From assembly GCA_965263355.1 (NCBI GenBank), contig CBDHHL010000032.1:480001-544000 (forward strand): 64,000 nucleotides of DNA, written 5' to 3'. The notes under the pieces are model-generated. The model made no database searches, had not been told where the DNA came from, and saw only the letters and a list, made by a program, of their open reading frames with translations. This DNA comes from Leptolyngbyaceae cyanobacterium. GTDB taxonomy: Bacteria; Cyanobacteriota; Cyanobacteriia; Phormidesmidales; Phormidesmidaceae. This document shows positions 1 to 10,155 of the stretch, in pieces (the first letter of the stretch is position 1; every line of letters begins with the position of its first letter). Made by a program: the position numbers and the translations under genes.

Positions 1-60
1 CCCTAAGCGTATTATCCTTACTGACTTTCATTTTTGTTGTAGTATTTATCATGATTTCAA

Positions 61-147
61 CCAGGTCATTATGCGGGTTCAGTTGTTAGTGCACATACGA
101 TCAAAAATCACTTGCTAGTATTCTAGAGGTTTATTGTGGCGGTCATA
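61..147 (+). repeat. Copy 1 of ~85-bp imperfect direct repeat (copy 2 at 2220-2304)
   Basis: 29-bp identical core TCACTTGCTAGTATTCTAGAGGTTTATTG at 108-136 and 2267-2295; upstream flanks also align (gttcagttgttAGTgcacatac vs gttcagttgttCGGgcacatac). Confidence 0.9.
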
Positions 148-175
148 CTTAGGGTTCAGTGGGGAGGTGAGGTCA

Positions 176-811
176 GTGGATAAAGTATTTGTAAAAACCT
201 TTTTAAAGCTTTGTTTAGATCAGCAAATTCAACAGATGCTTGATAAATCTTACAAGAACTATCATGTCAAGGGCTTCAATAGCATTATTCTCTCTTGTTC
301 ACAGAACTTAACTGTAAGATTGTATGTTTGTCAGCCAGGTGAAACAGAGTTAAATCCAAACAACGATAACATTTTAGTCCATAATCACAGTTTTGATTTT
401 CAAACCCAGGTTTTGACGGGGTATGTAGACAATGCTGTTTATGAAACATCCGACTTCGCAACAAAAGAAGGGATTTGGCATAAATATATCTATGAAAGTG
501 CATTGAGAAGCAAAAAGCGAGAAATGAAGCTGACGTTCATTGAACAGACTAATTTAGAGCTGGTTGAAATTCAGCGAGTTGAGGCAGGATCATCCTATTT
601 CTTAAATCATAAAAAATTTCATCGTATTTTTGTTCCTAATGATCGTTTGGTCTCCATGCTGTTTTGGCAGCATCAAAAAGTTGAGCAAACCCCTATCATC
701 TTTAGCAAAATCCCACAGCCAGAAATTTTTCCAACAGACGGACTCTATCATCGTTTTTCTGGAGAAAACGAAATTCGTGATTTAGTTCATTTAATAATTG
801 AGAGCTTGTAA
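176..811 (+). CDS. Hypothetical protein, probable cupin/cysteine-dioxygenase-like fold
   Basis: ORF 134..811; GTG at 176 follows GGAGG and is the likelier start. VHNHSFDF..VLTG plus distal FHRI suggest a His-triad cupin. Stop overlaps the next start (TAATG). Confidence 0.6.
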   Translation: MDKVFVKTFLKLCLDQQIQQMLDKSYKNYHVKGFNSIILSCSQNLTVRLYVCQPGETELNPNNDNILVHNHSFDFQTQVLTGYVDNAVYETSDFATKEGIWHKYIYESALRSKKREMKLTFIEQTNLELVEIQRVEAGSSYFLNHKKFHRIFVPNDRLVSMLFWQHQKVEQTPIIFSKIPQPEIFPTDGLYHRFSGENEIRDLVHLIIESL

Positions 812-1368
812 TGCTACATTATGATTTCTGTTTGTGTATGGGGCGTTTTCAGCCCTTTCATGTAGGCCATTTTGATTTGGTACAAACGTCCTTAGAGAGG
901 GGTAAACGGGTGATTATCCTTCTAGGCAGTCATCTAAGCCGCCAAACCCTCAGAAACCCCTGGATTTCTGAGGAACGAGAGCAGATGATTCAAATGTGTT
1001 TAAGCCCCACTGAACAGGCTCGGGTGGATGTAGTACCTATTTGTGATTACGAAGCTAATGAGGAATGGTCATCTACAATTCACAGGGAGGTTTACAGTAT
1101 TGCCGATTTTTCACATAAAATTGCTATCGTTGGTCACCATGATGGAGGGCAGAAATTTTTCTCTCAGTGGTTTCCTAAATGGAAATATGTTGAAAAATTA
1201 CGTCAGCCAAATCTCAATGCAACTGATATTCGCATTGCCTATTTTGGCGGACTTCCAGAAACTCACTACTGCCATAAGCTACCCGCTGGAACATTGGATT
1301 ATTTGAGAGAGTTTAAGACGCAATCAATTTATCAGCAGCTTTGCTCAAAATATAAAGAACAAGAATAG
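811..1368 (+). CDS. NMN adenylyltransferase-like (NadM-type, HxGH nucleotidyltransferase), no Nudix domain
   Basis: GRFQPFHVGH, LGS..RNPW..EER..MI, NATDIR motifs. Confidence 0.85.
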   Translation: MLHYDFCLCMGRFQPFHVGHFDLVQTSLERGKRVIILLGSHLSRQTLRNPWISEEREQMIQMCLSPTEQARVDVVPICDYEANEEWSSTIHREVYSIADFSHKIAIVGHHDGGQKFFSQWFPKWKYVEKLRQPNLNATDIRIAYFGGLPETHYCHKLPAGTLDYLREFKTQSIYQQLCSKYKEQE

Positions 1369-1488
1369 AGGTAGTTTAGTTTTGACTTTTGCATTACTGT
1401 CGGGTACAGAATCCGATTACTATATTTGCTGGATTGCATATAACATATATAACTATCATTTCCTGTCACTGTGACTGAAGCAGCCATA

Positions 1489-1568
1489 GCATAACAACGA
1501 CGATAGAGCGGATAGAAAATCATGCCTAAGAGTTTAATATTGTTTTCTGCCACTCATCTTCATTAGGC
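1489..1568 (+). other. Degenerate attC-like hairpin directly before the GNAT start
   Basis: GCATAAC ... gatAgagcggAtagaaaa pairs with ttttctgccactcatc leaving two bulged bases; ends in ATTAGGC (near GTTRRRY); spacer lengths are non-canonical. Confidence 0.35.
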
Positions 1569-2159
1569 ATGTTTATGAATTTACACATCCGCGACATGGA
1601 TGCAGAGGATTTTGAATCTGTTTTCGAAATTAACCAGGAGTCAATGCTGAATGTATTTGAATTAAACGCAAATGAGTTTTTCCACCTGTTTGAATTATGC
1701 GAGTATGCAAAGGTAATCGAAATAGATCATAAGGTAGCAGGTTACATATTTGTACTGGGGAAAGGGCTGGAGTATGACGGAGAGGAATATAACTGGTTCT
1801 GTGAAAATTTAGGAAATGATTTCTTGTACATTGATCAGGTGGCTATAGGAGGAATATGGAGAGGAATAGGTTGTGGTAAAAAACTCTATAAAGACCTGGA
1901 GAATTATGCGGCTCGAAATCAAAAGAATGCGCTAGTATGCGAAGTTAATTACAAACCATTAAATCAAGACTCGATGGCCTTTCACGAAAGATTGGGGTTC
2001 AAAGAGATATCTCGTATGGAGACGCGCGGCATAATTGTGTCATTGCTAGTAAAGCAAAACATCTTGAATGATGCCCAAGTTAATCTGACTGATAAACTTG
2101 GTGGAAAAGCCATCTCAACGTGCAGAAGTAAACTTTTTATAGCAGCTGACTCCGTCTAA
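1569..2159 (+). CDS. GNAT family N-acetyltransferase
   Basis: FLYIDQVAI...RGIGCGKKLY (motif A), CEVNYKPLNQDSMAFHERLGF. Confidence 0.9.
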   Translation: MFMNLHIRDMDAEDFESVFEINQESMLNVFELNANEFFHLFELCEYAKVIEIDHKVAGYIFVLGKGLEYDGEEYNWFCENLGNDFLYIDQVAIGGIWRGIGCGKKLYKDLENYAARNQKNALVCEVNYKPLNQDSMAFHERLGFKEISRMETRGIIVSLLVKQNILNDAQVNLTDKLGGKAISTCRSKLFIAADSV

Positions 2160-2219
2160 CATTCGCAGAATCGGCCAGATTGAACATTCTGGAGTTAATA
2201 ACACAATGTTGACCGCCGC

Positions 2220-2304
2220 CCAGCTACGTTACGCAGTTCAGTTGTTCGGGCACATACAACCAAAACTCACTTGCTAGTATTCTAGAGGTTTATTGGTAGT
2301 CATA
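2220..2304 (+). repeat. Copy 2 of ~85-bp imperfect direct repeat
   Basis: Aligns with 61-147. Confidence 0.9.
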
Positions 2305-2600
2305 ATGGGTGGCCATCCAACTGCAGTCGAAGCGCCAAACAGTCCAGCTCCCTGTCTGTCACAAGTCAAAATATCGGATATATTGCCGTCTTGGCAGACA
2401 TCATTGTGGCAACATTCCGCGAGAACTGTTCGGCAGACGATTTCAGTTCCCATGATATCCACCTAAACCCATAGCCTGGTGGCTGGAATGAAGAAGAGTT
2501 GGAAGGCTTATCTATTCTTTTTCTTCAATTGAAGGCGTTTTTCAAAGTGGCACTCGAAGCAAATAAAGTTACACTTTTATTCTCTATATATACCTGCTTT
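2305..2600 (+). pseudogene. YfbM/DUF1877-like remnant
   Basis: Manual translation: MGGHPTAVEAP... then, after a frameshift, F..HDIHLNP*PGGWNEEELEGLSILFLQLKAFFKVALEANKVTLLF, resembling the YfbM C-terminus. Confidence 0.5.
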
Positions 2601-2914
2601 TCAACATTTTTTCAACATTCTCTATTCCAGTTCAAAGCTTTTGTCTGCGCCGTTTGAGAGTTTTGTATATTTTGGTCGATCATTTTTGTCTTGAGTTAGA
2701 CGATCAGTTGTTCTGTACTTGTAAAATTAAAAAAAATAAATTAAAGTAAAGCCTGATTTTTTATCTTTTTCTGCTATGGTTTTAAACGGCTTCGACACTA
2801 TTGCACTTGATGCTTGATAAGCAGTCTGCTTGCTTCTTTATGTATCTTGAGATCGCACTGCTGCAGATTATTATTAGCATTGTTCATTTTAGGTGGTAGT
2901 GAAACAAAGAAGTT

Positions 2915-4378
2915 GTGATGATAAGCAAACAAAAGATTATGAGTGGTGTAGACAGTTGGGTTTCCTCGCCTTATCATGAGCATTCGGAGCGTGCAGTAAA
3001 TGCAGATGAGCTTCGTGATGTATATATGCATTGGGCAAGTTCTTATGATGATGAAATGCTTGCTAACAATTTGCAGTCTTACAAATCGGTGACACAGGTT
3101 TCACTTGAAATGTTATCCAAAATGGACGCTCCCGTAGCAGGTAGGCCGTTACGTGTGATGGATGCTGGTTGCGGCACAGGACTCCTTGGACAGTATTTTT
3201 CAAAATCGCTCCAGGTAAGCGAACTCAAATCTTGCCAAGTTTATCTTGTAGGTGTAGACCTCAGCCCAGATATGCTACATATCGCAGAGAAAAAAGGCTG
3301 CTTCGATGAACTCCATGAGGGAAGCTTGAAAGATCTGCAGGCATTTGACGCATCCAGCTTTGATTTGATTATTTCCTCTGGTGTTTTCCTGGCAGGGCAC
3401 TGTGGTCCCGAAACGCTAACCCCCTTACTGAGTCACCTATGTCCGGGAGGATATGCGGTTTTCACGGTTCGATCATCCTTATTTCGAGAACATGAGGCAA
3501 GCTTTCTCTCCGCCATCACAGATGCTGGCTGCTCACTTCTGCAAGCGACCACGATGCCCTATTATGGGGAAATTGAAGCCCGCGTGCTGACTGTAAGGAA
3601 GCTATTGCATGAAGCTGATAATGAGCCATGGATGGCATGGAAGCAGCATTACGAAGCACAAGGCTTTGCCCCATTAGAGTTCAAAGCAGAGTCAGCCGAA
3701 CTCGCTGATTTTGATGCTTATATTGCCTCGCGTGTACAAGCGCAGCATCCCGGAAATATCTTTGATGATGAAGGCAATCTGCGGGCTGTTCATGGTTATG
3801 AACGGGGACTTATTTCCACACTCATGGCTAAACTTGCCAACCAGGCCAAAGGATTACTCGACTGTCGCTCTGTTTACCTCTATCAATTTCGGGTCAACTC
3901 TAAGCATCCCTCTCAGCAAGGCCGTGGCGGTTGGGCCCCTCATCGCGACTACGACTTTTGGCAAAGGATGGATGGTCTGCCATTGCCGCGATTAGTAGTT
4001 TTCCATATCTTTCTGACAGAGCAAACCTCAGATAATGGTGCGCTCGTCTTGTGTGACGGTAGCCACAAAGCCAATGTCGAACTATGTATTATCGATGATC
4101 AGGATTGGCGCGGAGGTTTTGGAGAAGTACTAAGCTATACGATCCCACCTGAGGCCTATGAAGATTGGTCGAAGAAAACACCGATGTTTGGCTCAGCAGG
4201 CAGTATCGTTGCTATGCATCCATTGACATGGCATGCCTCATCGCCCAATCGATCCAACGCCAATAGGGTAATTGCTTCAATAATTTTTAATGATCTCGAC
4301 AATCTGCCCAAGGATAAAGAAATGATGGGTAATCGCCCAGATTTTATAGTACATCGTCCTGATCAGTATGTCTGGTGA
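2915..4378 (+). CDS. Class I SAM methyltransferase fused to PhyH-family Fe(II)/2OG dioxygenase (proline-4-hydroxylase/EctD-like)
   Basis: N-half: Y.HWASSYD, MDAGCGTG, GVDLSPDML. C-half: RAVHG, YQFRVNSK, HRDYDFW..DG, WHAS, NR (HxD...H triad and 2OG Arg). Confidence 0.85.
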   Translation: MMISKQKIMSGVDSWVSSPYHEHSERAVNADELRDVYMHWASSYDDEMLANNLQSYKSVTQVSLEMLSKMDAPVAGRPLRVMDAGCGTGLLGQYFSKSLQVSELKSCQVYLVGVDLSPDMLHIAEKKGCFDELHEGSLKDLQAFDASSFDLIISSGVFLAGHCGPETLTPLLSHLCPGGYAVFTVRSSLFREHEASFLSAITDAGCSLLQATTMPYYGEIEARVLTVRKLLHEADNEPWMAWKQHYEAQGFAPLEFKAESAELADFDAYIASRVQAQHPGNIFDDEGNLRAVHGYERGLISTLMAKLANQAKGLLDCRSVYLYQFRVNSKHPSQQGRGGWAPHRDYDFWQRMDGLPLPRLVVFHIFLTEQTSDNGALVLCDGSHKANVELCIIDDQDWRGGFGEVLSYTIPPEAYEDWSKKTPMFGSAGSIVAMHPLTWHASSPNRSNANRVIASIIFNDLDNLPKDKEMMGNRPDFIVHRPDQYVW

Positions 4379-4549
4379 AGTTTCTAGCTAGCTTAGGATA
4401 GAACCAGGGATGGCTTGTCATGTCCTCCGGCTACAGGGGTCGACCAAATTGGCTTTCTGTGATTTCAATGGCGACGACAAAATGGATATAGTTCTTTCCA
4501 AGATTTTTATGATCGCATTTCTATCCGTGTGACATTGAAAATTAAACCA

Positions 4550-5188
4550 TTAGAGTCTAACTTTGGGGCAGGCAGGTGCTTCTTTAGTAACCGTGCAGGC
4601 CTTTAAACAAGGCTGTTGGTAGGCATCTTCCGTCTCCAGGGGTGGGGGTATTTGACCAAATACCATATCGCAACTGAGGTCTTCAAAGTTGGGTGTCATC
4701 GTTAGGGGGATGCCAAACTTTTCAGTAAAAAACTGTTGTGTGGGTAGTTTACACATGTTGATACACATGCCCACACAGCTACTTTGCTCTAAATAACGAC
4801 ACTTTTCAATGTGTACCGCACTTTTCTGTTGACGCGCTTGTCCTGACGCTGTTGTTACCTCGGCAAATTCCACGCTACAGGGACCGACTAGCCATTCAAA
4901 CAGTTGGGTGGCAAACCAGGCATTGAGTTCACATACTAACTGAGTAGGAGAGAAAAATGTACGAATTCCCCACAACACAGGGGCTGGCACTAATGACTGT
5001 AAAACGACGGCAACAAGTTTTTGCTGCTGTTTTGAGTTACGGCCCTGCATAATCTTTTGCGACAGCTCAACAAACCCGTCGTAGCCAGACTGATTGCTCC
5101 GTTCGCCCACGGCCCTAGACATTTTCCAAGCGAACAGACGAATAAAGAGCTGGTCAAAAAAAGAATCGTGATAGGTCGTTTTTTCCAC
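4550..5188 (-). CDS. D27-like beta-carotene isomerase family (DUF4033)
   Basis: F.WLVGP, KCRYLEQSSCVGMCINMCKLPTQ.FF, PNFEDLSC.M.FG..PP. Confidence 0.9.
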   Translation of the reverse strand: MEKTTYHDSFFDQLFIRLFAWKMSRAVGERSNQSGYDGFVELSQKIMQGRNSKQQQKLVAVVLQSLVPAPVLWGIRTFFSPTQLVCELNAWFATQLFEWLVGPCSVEFAEVTTASGQARQQKSAVHIEKCRYLEQSSCVGMCINMCKLPTQQFFTEKFGIPLTMTPNFEDLSCDMVFGQIPPPLETEDAYQQPCLKACTVTKEAPACPKVRL

Positions 5189-5270
5189 TACTGATTTTGC
5201 GTTAGTTTAGCCGTGTGTCTAGTAGTAGACTAAATCGAATGGACTGATTACAGCAATAGATAATTTCTGA

Positions 5271-5313
5271 TAACCATAGCCACTGCTTCAATTAAGAACA
5301 GTGGCTATGGTTA
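5271..5313. terminator. 15-bp perfect stem-loop downstream of 5336..5551
   Basis: TAACCATAGCCACTG / CAGTGGCTATGGTTA. Confidence 0.6.
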
Positions 5314-5335
5314 AGGTAGGGTTGTATTTGAATTG

Positions 5336-5551
5336 TTAGCCCTTATTCCGAACTCTGCGATTATGGCGAATCAGATCATGGAAGGTTGCATTATCAGATA
5401 GTTCTGAGGGGCTGGACACCTGCCGATTGGAGCGGGCACTTTTAGCCTGAGTGTCTAACCGAGTAGCTGCGATTGTATTGGCCTGGGCAGACGATGTGAT
5501 GGCAGTCGCTGCAATTAAAACGGTCAAAGCAGTCAAAAGATAGTGTTTCAT
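5336..5551 (-). CDS. Small secreted hypothetical protein
   Basis: Signal peptide ending in AQA; AAGGA upstream; hairpin downstream. Confidence 0.7.
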   Translation of the reverse strand: MKHYLLTALTVLIAATAITSSAQANTIAATRLDTQAKSARSNRQVSSPSELSDNATFHDLIRHNRRVRNKG

Positions 5552-5713
5552 GGGTCAAGTTCCTTATGAGTGAGATACACGCTGTTGAAACAACGGCATC
5601 GGATTATTTATTTGCTTGCTCACAAGGATGATTGCCGGATCTGAGTTGTCCCTTATACGAATCTGAATCAAATCGTAAATGTTGCTGTGGATGGCTGAGG
5701 AGGTGATTTATCT

Positions 5714-5860
5714 ATGGCTCCAAAAGACGTCCGCGACTACATCTACGACATGCCAGACCACATCGCTACCGCCGAGCGACTAATGGAGGGATGACCTTTG
5801 AAGAATTTGAGCAGGATAAGAAGCCGGTTTTGGCCCTTACGCGTGCCGTTGAAATTGTGA
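5714..5860 (+). pseudogene. HepT/DUF86 toxin 5' fragment
   Basis: MAPKDVRDYIYDM..HIATAERLMEG / frameshift / MTFEEFEQDKKPVLALTRAVEIV; truncated at the aroC 3' end; preceded by an MNT-like tail (EEVIYL). Confidence 0.65.
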
Positions 5861-5864
5861 CGGT

Positions 5865-6953
5865 CTATAGCAGTTCGCATTGACCATGGTGACGCAGTAA
5901 ATGATCGCAAAGCACCAGGGCCATCATCGCTTCTACCATGGGAACCGCCCGAGGCAGCACACAGGGGTCATGACGCCCACGCCCCGACAGGGTTGTTTCA
6001 TTGCCTTGCTGATCGACGGTCTTCTGCTCTTTAAGAATTGTGGCTGTAGGCTTAAAGGCCACTCGGATAATAATGTTCTCACCGTTGGAAATTCCCCCCT
6101 GGGTCCCGCCTGACCGATTGGTGCGGGTACGAATCGAGCCGTCAGCATCGGTATAAAACTCGTCATTATGCTGACTACCGGTGAGCAAGGTGCCAGCAAA
6201 GCCTGACCCCAACTCAAACCCTTTACTTGCCGGTAACGACATCATGCCTTTGGCCAGGTCGGCCTCCAGTTTGTCAAACACAGGTGAACCCAACCCCTTA
6301 GGAACCTGACGCGCTACGCACTCCACCACCCCGCCGATGGAATCACCCTCTTTGCGCACTTGATCAATGCGGGCAATCATTTCCTGGGCAAAGTCAGGGT
6401 TGGGACAGCGGACAATGTTGCTTTCTACCTGGTCCAGGGTGACGCTATTGGGGTCGATGGGAGCTTCCATATCTTGGATGCGTTTGACATAGCCGACAAT
6501 TTCTACGCCTGCAACTTGATGGAGGATTTTTTTTGCGATCGCACCCGCTGCCACCCGACCAATGGTTTCCCGAGCCGAGGACCGTCCACCGCCCTGATAG
6601 TTGCGAATACCGTATTTAGCATCGTAGGTAGCATCCGCATGGGAAGGACGATACTTCGTCGCCATTTCCCCATAGTCTTGGGGCCGCTGATCCTTATTGC
6701 GCACCAGCACTGTAATCGGTGTGCCCAGGGTCTTTCCCTGGAACACCCCAGAAACGATCTCACAGGTATCCGTCTCCTTACGGGGTGTGGTAATTTTGCT
6801 TTGCCCCGGTCGCCGTCGATCTAAATCCACCTGAATTTCCTCAGCAGAAATCTCTAACTGAGGTGGACAACCATCAATAACTACGCCTACACCCCCACCG
6901 TGGGATTCGCCAAAGGTAGTAATGCGGAATAGGTGACCAAAGGTGTTGCCCAT
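5865..6953 (-). CDS. aroC: Chorismate synthase
   Basis: [35 protein letters not shown]. Confidence 0.99.
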   Translation of the reverse strand: MGNTFGHLFRITTFGESHGGGVGVVIDGCPPQLEISAEEIQVDLDRRRPGQSKITTPRKETDTCEIVSGVFQGKTLGTPITVLVRNKDQRPQDYGEMATKYRPSHADATYDAKYGIRNYQGGGRSSARETIGRVAAGAIAKKILHQVAGVEIVGYVKRIQDMEAPIDPNSVTLDQVESNIVRCPNPDFAQEMIARIDQVRKEGDSIGGVVECVARQVPKGLGSPVFDKLEADLAKGMMSLPASKGFELGSGFAGTLLTGSQHNDEFYTDADGSIRTRTNRSGGTQGGISNGENIIIRVAFKPTATILKEQKTVDQQGNETTLSGRGRHDPCVLPRAVPMVEAMMALVLCDHLLRHHGQCELL

Positions 6954-7041
6954 GGGTTTTCTCTAATCAGGATTGATTTAAAAAGCTTTTCAATCCTACC
7001 GTAGGACGAGCCACCCTTGCGGAGGGCGAGTATGGCTTACC

Positions 7042-7953
7042 TTAGCGTAAACGCCAATACTCAACCAAACTCATGTCATGGTCCATTTTCATAACGTTGC
7101 GAGGATTAACAGCCTTGCCCTTGAAATAAACGCCGTAATGCAGATGAGGTCCAGACGAACGACCGCTATTGCCTAAGTAGCCAACAATATCGCCACGCTT
7201 AACCTTAACGCCAGATTCAACTGCAAGCTTGGACATATGGGCGTAAAGAGTTTCATAGCCGTAGCCATGTTTGATACTGACAGTATTGCCATAGCCACCG
7301 TAGTATTCGGCTCGACTAACCACACCATCTGCGGTGGCAAAGATTGCTGTGCCGTAAGGGCCAACAAAGTCGGTACCTTCATGGGTTTCGTACCCATAGC
7401 CACCAAATGGATTACGCCGTACTCCAAACTCAGACGAAATATCCAGGGGACCACCAATGGGTAATCCATCTGGGAAGGCGGAGACCTTGGCCTCTTCAGC
7501 CGCTAGTGTTTCTTCCAAAGCGGGTCTAATACTGCCGTCTAGCAGGCTACTTAGCTGAGGTAGCTTTTCACTGGCCTTCTCGTACAACTCAATACCACTA
7601 GCGACAACGGCCACCCCGCCCCGTGGAGAACCATCATCGGGAACAGTATCTGACTCACCAAGCTCAGGTAAACCGGCCCGTTCCCGCAAATTTTCAATTT
7701 CTGAATCTAAAGTATTCAGCTCAGTTAATACCTGATGGGCCTGATCCGTTAGCTGGCGATTTTCATCTGTAAGCTGAACATTGCTTTGAAACAACGAAAA
7801 GATAACGGCACCTAGCCAACCCAAGGGGACACCAAGCAGGACAAAGCCAGCGATTATTCCAGCGAGGGGAGTAAATGTAATCGTGACAGGGGTCTGCCCA
7901 GAACGTGTAACTAAAACCGTGTAACTTTTCAGCAATTGCCGACGCATAGGCAT
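7042..7953 (-). CDS. M23 family metallopeptidase
   Basis: TM helix, coiled coil, HEGTD, YAHM, SSGPHLHY. Confidence 0.95.
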   Translation of the reverse strand: MPMRRQLLKSYTVLVTRSGQTPVTITFTPLAGIIAGFVLLGVPLGWLGAVIFSLFQSNVQLTDENRQLTDQAHQVLTELNTLDSEIENLRERAGLPELGESDTVPDDGSPRGGVAVVASGIELYEKASEKLPQLSSLLDGSIRPALEETLAAEEAKVSAFPDGLPIGGPLDISSEFGVRRNPFGGYGYETHEGTDFVGPYGTAIFATADGVVSRAEYYGGYGNTVSIKHGYGYETLYAHMSKLAVESGVKVKRGDIVGYLGNSGRSSGPHLHYGVYFKGKAVNPRNVMKMDHDMSLVEYWRLR

Positions 7954-8224
7954 TAAATCTAAGCGCTTAGCCCAAAAATGCCAGCCAAATGGCTAATACT
8001 TTGGAGCGCTATACCAATCTGTACGTTAAACAGCCTGATTATACGGGGATCATATCGATAAAATGAAAAGTAATTTGAAGAAACGTATGAAGTAGAGGAT
8101 GAGCATAAGTAAAACTTAATTGATCAGTATACGAACATAACTTAAGCTGTCCGGACTAACGTCTACTTCTTTAAAAATTGAGCAAATTGATCACTTTGAG
8201 CAGACTAGTGGTTGTGCATAGTCT

Positions 8225-9073
8225 GTGAAAATTTGGCTACAATACCTTAGATTAATAGGGTTTTCAGGCGTAGCTATGTCAGAAAAAGGGTCAGGTGCGA
8301 TTACTTGGTTGGATGTTAATAGTTGGCAATTTAACCTATCAGGACGGTCCATCTTGGTAGACCCTTGGCTATTAGGGGATCTTGTTTTTAATAATTTGGG
8401 TTGGCTAATTCGTGGCATTAGACCCCAGCCAGTTCCCATGCCCCAGCAAATAGATTTATTACTCCTGTCCCAGGGATTGGCCGATCATGCCCATCCAGAC
8501 ACCTTAGAGGCTTTGGACAAGTCAATTCCAGTGGTGGCATCGGTATCCGGGGCTAAAGTAGCGGCGGACAAGGGGTTTACGACGGTCATATCTCTGGAGC
8601 CTGGACAGCGCTATCAGTTGGGGGACGATGTGTTGGTCGAGGCCTTACCAGGAGCCCCCATTGGGCCTATTGCCAAGGAAAATGCGTACATTATCACAGT
8701 ATTGCGCACAGGGTTACGCCTTTATTACGAACCCCATGGTTACCCTGCGGCTGAACTGGATGACTGCCCACCGGTGGATGTGGCCATTACTCCCCTAGTT
8801 AGTTTGACCTTGCCGGTATTGGGGCCTGTTATTCGGGGGGGTGAGGGGGCATTAGAGCTGGCGCAAAAGACGAAACCCCAGTGGTTGCTGCCTACGGCTG
8901 CGGGGGGGGATGTTACCTACGAAGGTCTGTTGGCTAAATTGTTGACGGCGACTGGTGGTGCGGATTGGGTGCGATCGCAGCTAGCCCAAGCTAACCTTTC
9001 TACCGAAGTCAAACTCCTACGCCCTATGGAGACTCTCTCTTTAGATTTACAACCTCAGTCCGTAGCTGTCTAA
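8225..9073 (+). CDS. MBL-fold metallo-hydrolase (start may be ATG 8276)
   Basis: ILVDPWL, SQGLADHAH, YYEPHG. Confidence 0.85.
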   Translation: MKIWLQYLRLIGFSGVAMSEKGSGAITWLDVNSWQFNLSGRSILVDPWLLGDLVFNNLGWLIRGIRPQPVPMPQQIDLLLLSQGLADHAHPDTLEALDKSIPVVASVSGAKVAADKGFTTVISLEPGQRYQLGDDVLVEALPGAPIGPIAKENAYIITVLRTGLRLYYEPHGYPAAELDDCPPVDVAITPLVSLTLPVLGPVIRGGEGALELAQKTKPQWLLPTAAGGDVTYEGLLAKLLTATGGADWVRSQLAQANLSTEVKLLRPMETLSLDLQPQSVAV

Positions 9074-9095
9074 GCTATCGCCTTACCCAGACTCA

Positions 9096-9536
9096 ATGGC
9101 CGTTACGATTAAATTTCAAAAACTCTTTCCTGCTGCCGTCATCCCCGCCTATACCCACCCTGGCGATGCTGGAGCTGATTTAGTAGCTATCTATCACCAC
9201 CAGCTGGAGCCGTTGCATCGGCTGGCTATTCCCACTGGATTAGCCGCCGAAATTCCCCAGGGCTATGAAATGCAGGTGCGGCCCAAAAGTAGTCTGGCGC
9301 TCAAGCATGGTGTTACCGTTCTTAACAGCCCAGGCACCGTCGATGCAGGCTATCGGGGCGAAATCAAAGTCATTTTGATTAATTTGGGGTCAGCAGCCTT
9401 TGCAATTACTCCAGGGCAGCGCATTGCTCAAATTGTGATTGCCCCAGTTACTCAGGCTGAATTTGCCGTGACAGACCAGTTAAGCGACTCACCGCGAGGC
9501 ACTGGTGGCTTTGGCTCTACTGGAACAAGCTATTAA
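9096..9536 (+). CDS. dut: dUTP diphosphatase
   Basis: AGADL, GTVDAGYRGEI, RIAQ, RGTGGFGSTG; motif II reads KSS rather than RSG. Confidence 0.95.
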   Translation: MAVTIKFQKLFPAAVIPAYTHPGDAGADLVAIYHHQLEPLHRLAIPTGLAAEIPQGYEMQVRPKSSLALKHGVTVLNSPGTVDAGYRGEIKVILINLGSAAFAITPGQRIAQIVIAPVTQAEFAVTDQLSDSPRGTGGFGSTGTSY

Positions 9537-9603
9537 ACTTGGTTCACGTCCAGAACTGTAGTCTTGCTGTAGAGAAAACTCCAGGTTTCAACTTGGACGT
9601 GGT

Positions 9604-10155
9604 TTAGAAATCATCCAACACATCAAGATCAATATCCTCATCTTCAAGCATGTCGGACAGGGATGTTGGATTAGCATCAATGGGCTTAGGCGATGTTATG
9701 TTTTCAAACATAGCTTCATGGGCTTGGGCCGAGTGGCCATTGGTCGAGTGGCCATTAGTTGAATGGCCGTTAGCCGAGTGGCCATTAACTGACGCATAGT
9801 CATTATTTGAAGCGGCTGCGCCCCCTCCTCCCAGGGATTCACTCAACTTGGGCCCGTAGGCCTCGCCAGTTAAAAAATGTCGTCGGATCTGAAAAATTCT
9901 AAACTCCAGTTCGTCGATGGCATTGCGAGCTATTACTTGGGCTTCTTCTTTGGAGACATCGTCTTCATAGGCCCAAGGTAGATAGTAGGCTTTCAGTGCC
10001 CGCACGACCGACTCTCGCATGTTCACCATTTTGTTGTCGCGCAGATAGTTAACGATGCGCCCTTCAACGGTGTCAGGGTCAGAACTAATGCTAAAAGAAA
10101 CGCGTTTTCTGGTGGCAGGTACTTCTTTCTTAGGGGTGCTTTTCTTTTTAACCAT
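9604..10155 (-). CDS. Putative ParR-like partner of the adjacent actin-like ATPase
   Basis: Start overlaps the ATPase stop; basic N-terminus with a beta-strand then helices; disordered acidic tail with 4x15-nt NGHS(A/T) repeat at 9727-9786. Confidence 0.6.
   Translation of the reverse strand: MVKKKSTPKKEVPATRKRVSFSISSDPDTVEGRIVNYLRDNKMVNMRESVVRALKAYYLPWAYEDDVSKEEAQVIARNAIDELEFRIFQIRRHFLTGEAYGPKLSESLGGGGAAASNNDYASVNGHSANGHSTNGHSTNGHSAQAHEAMFENITSPKPIDANPTSLSDMLEDEDIDLDVLDDF

Noticed and set aside
60..82. dif/XerC-like arm (CCGCATAA on the minus strand)
   Set aside because: No XerD arm at the 6-bp spacing.
5901..7529. Small ORFs overlapping aroC and the M23 gene
   Set aside because: Alternative-frame shadows of well-supported genes.
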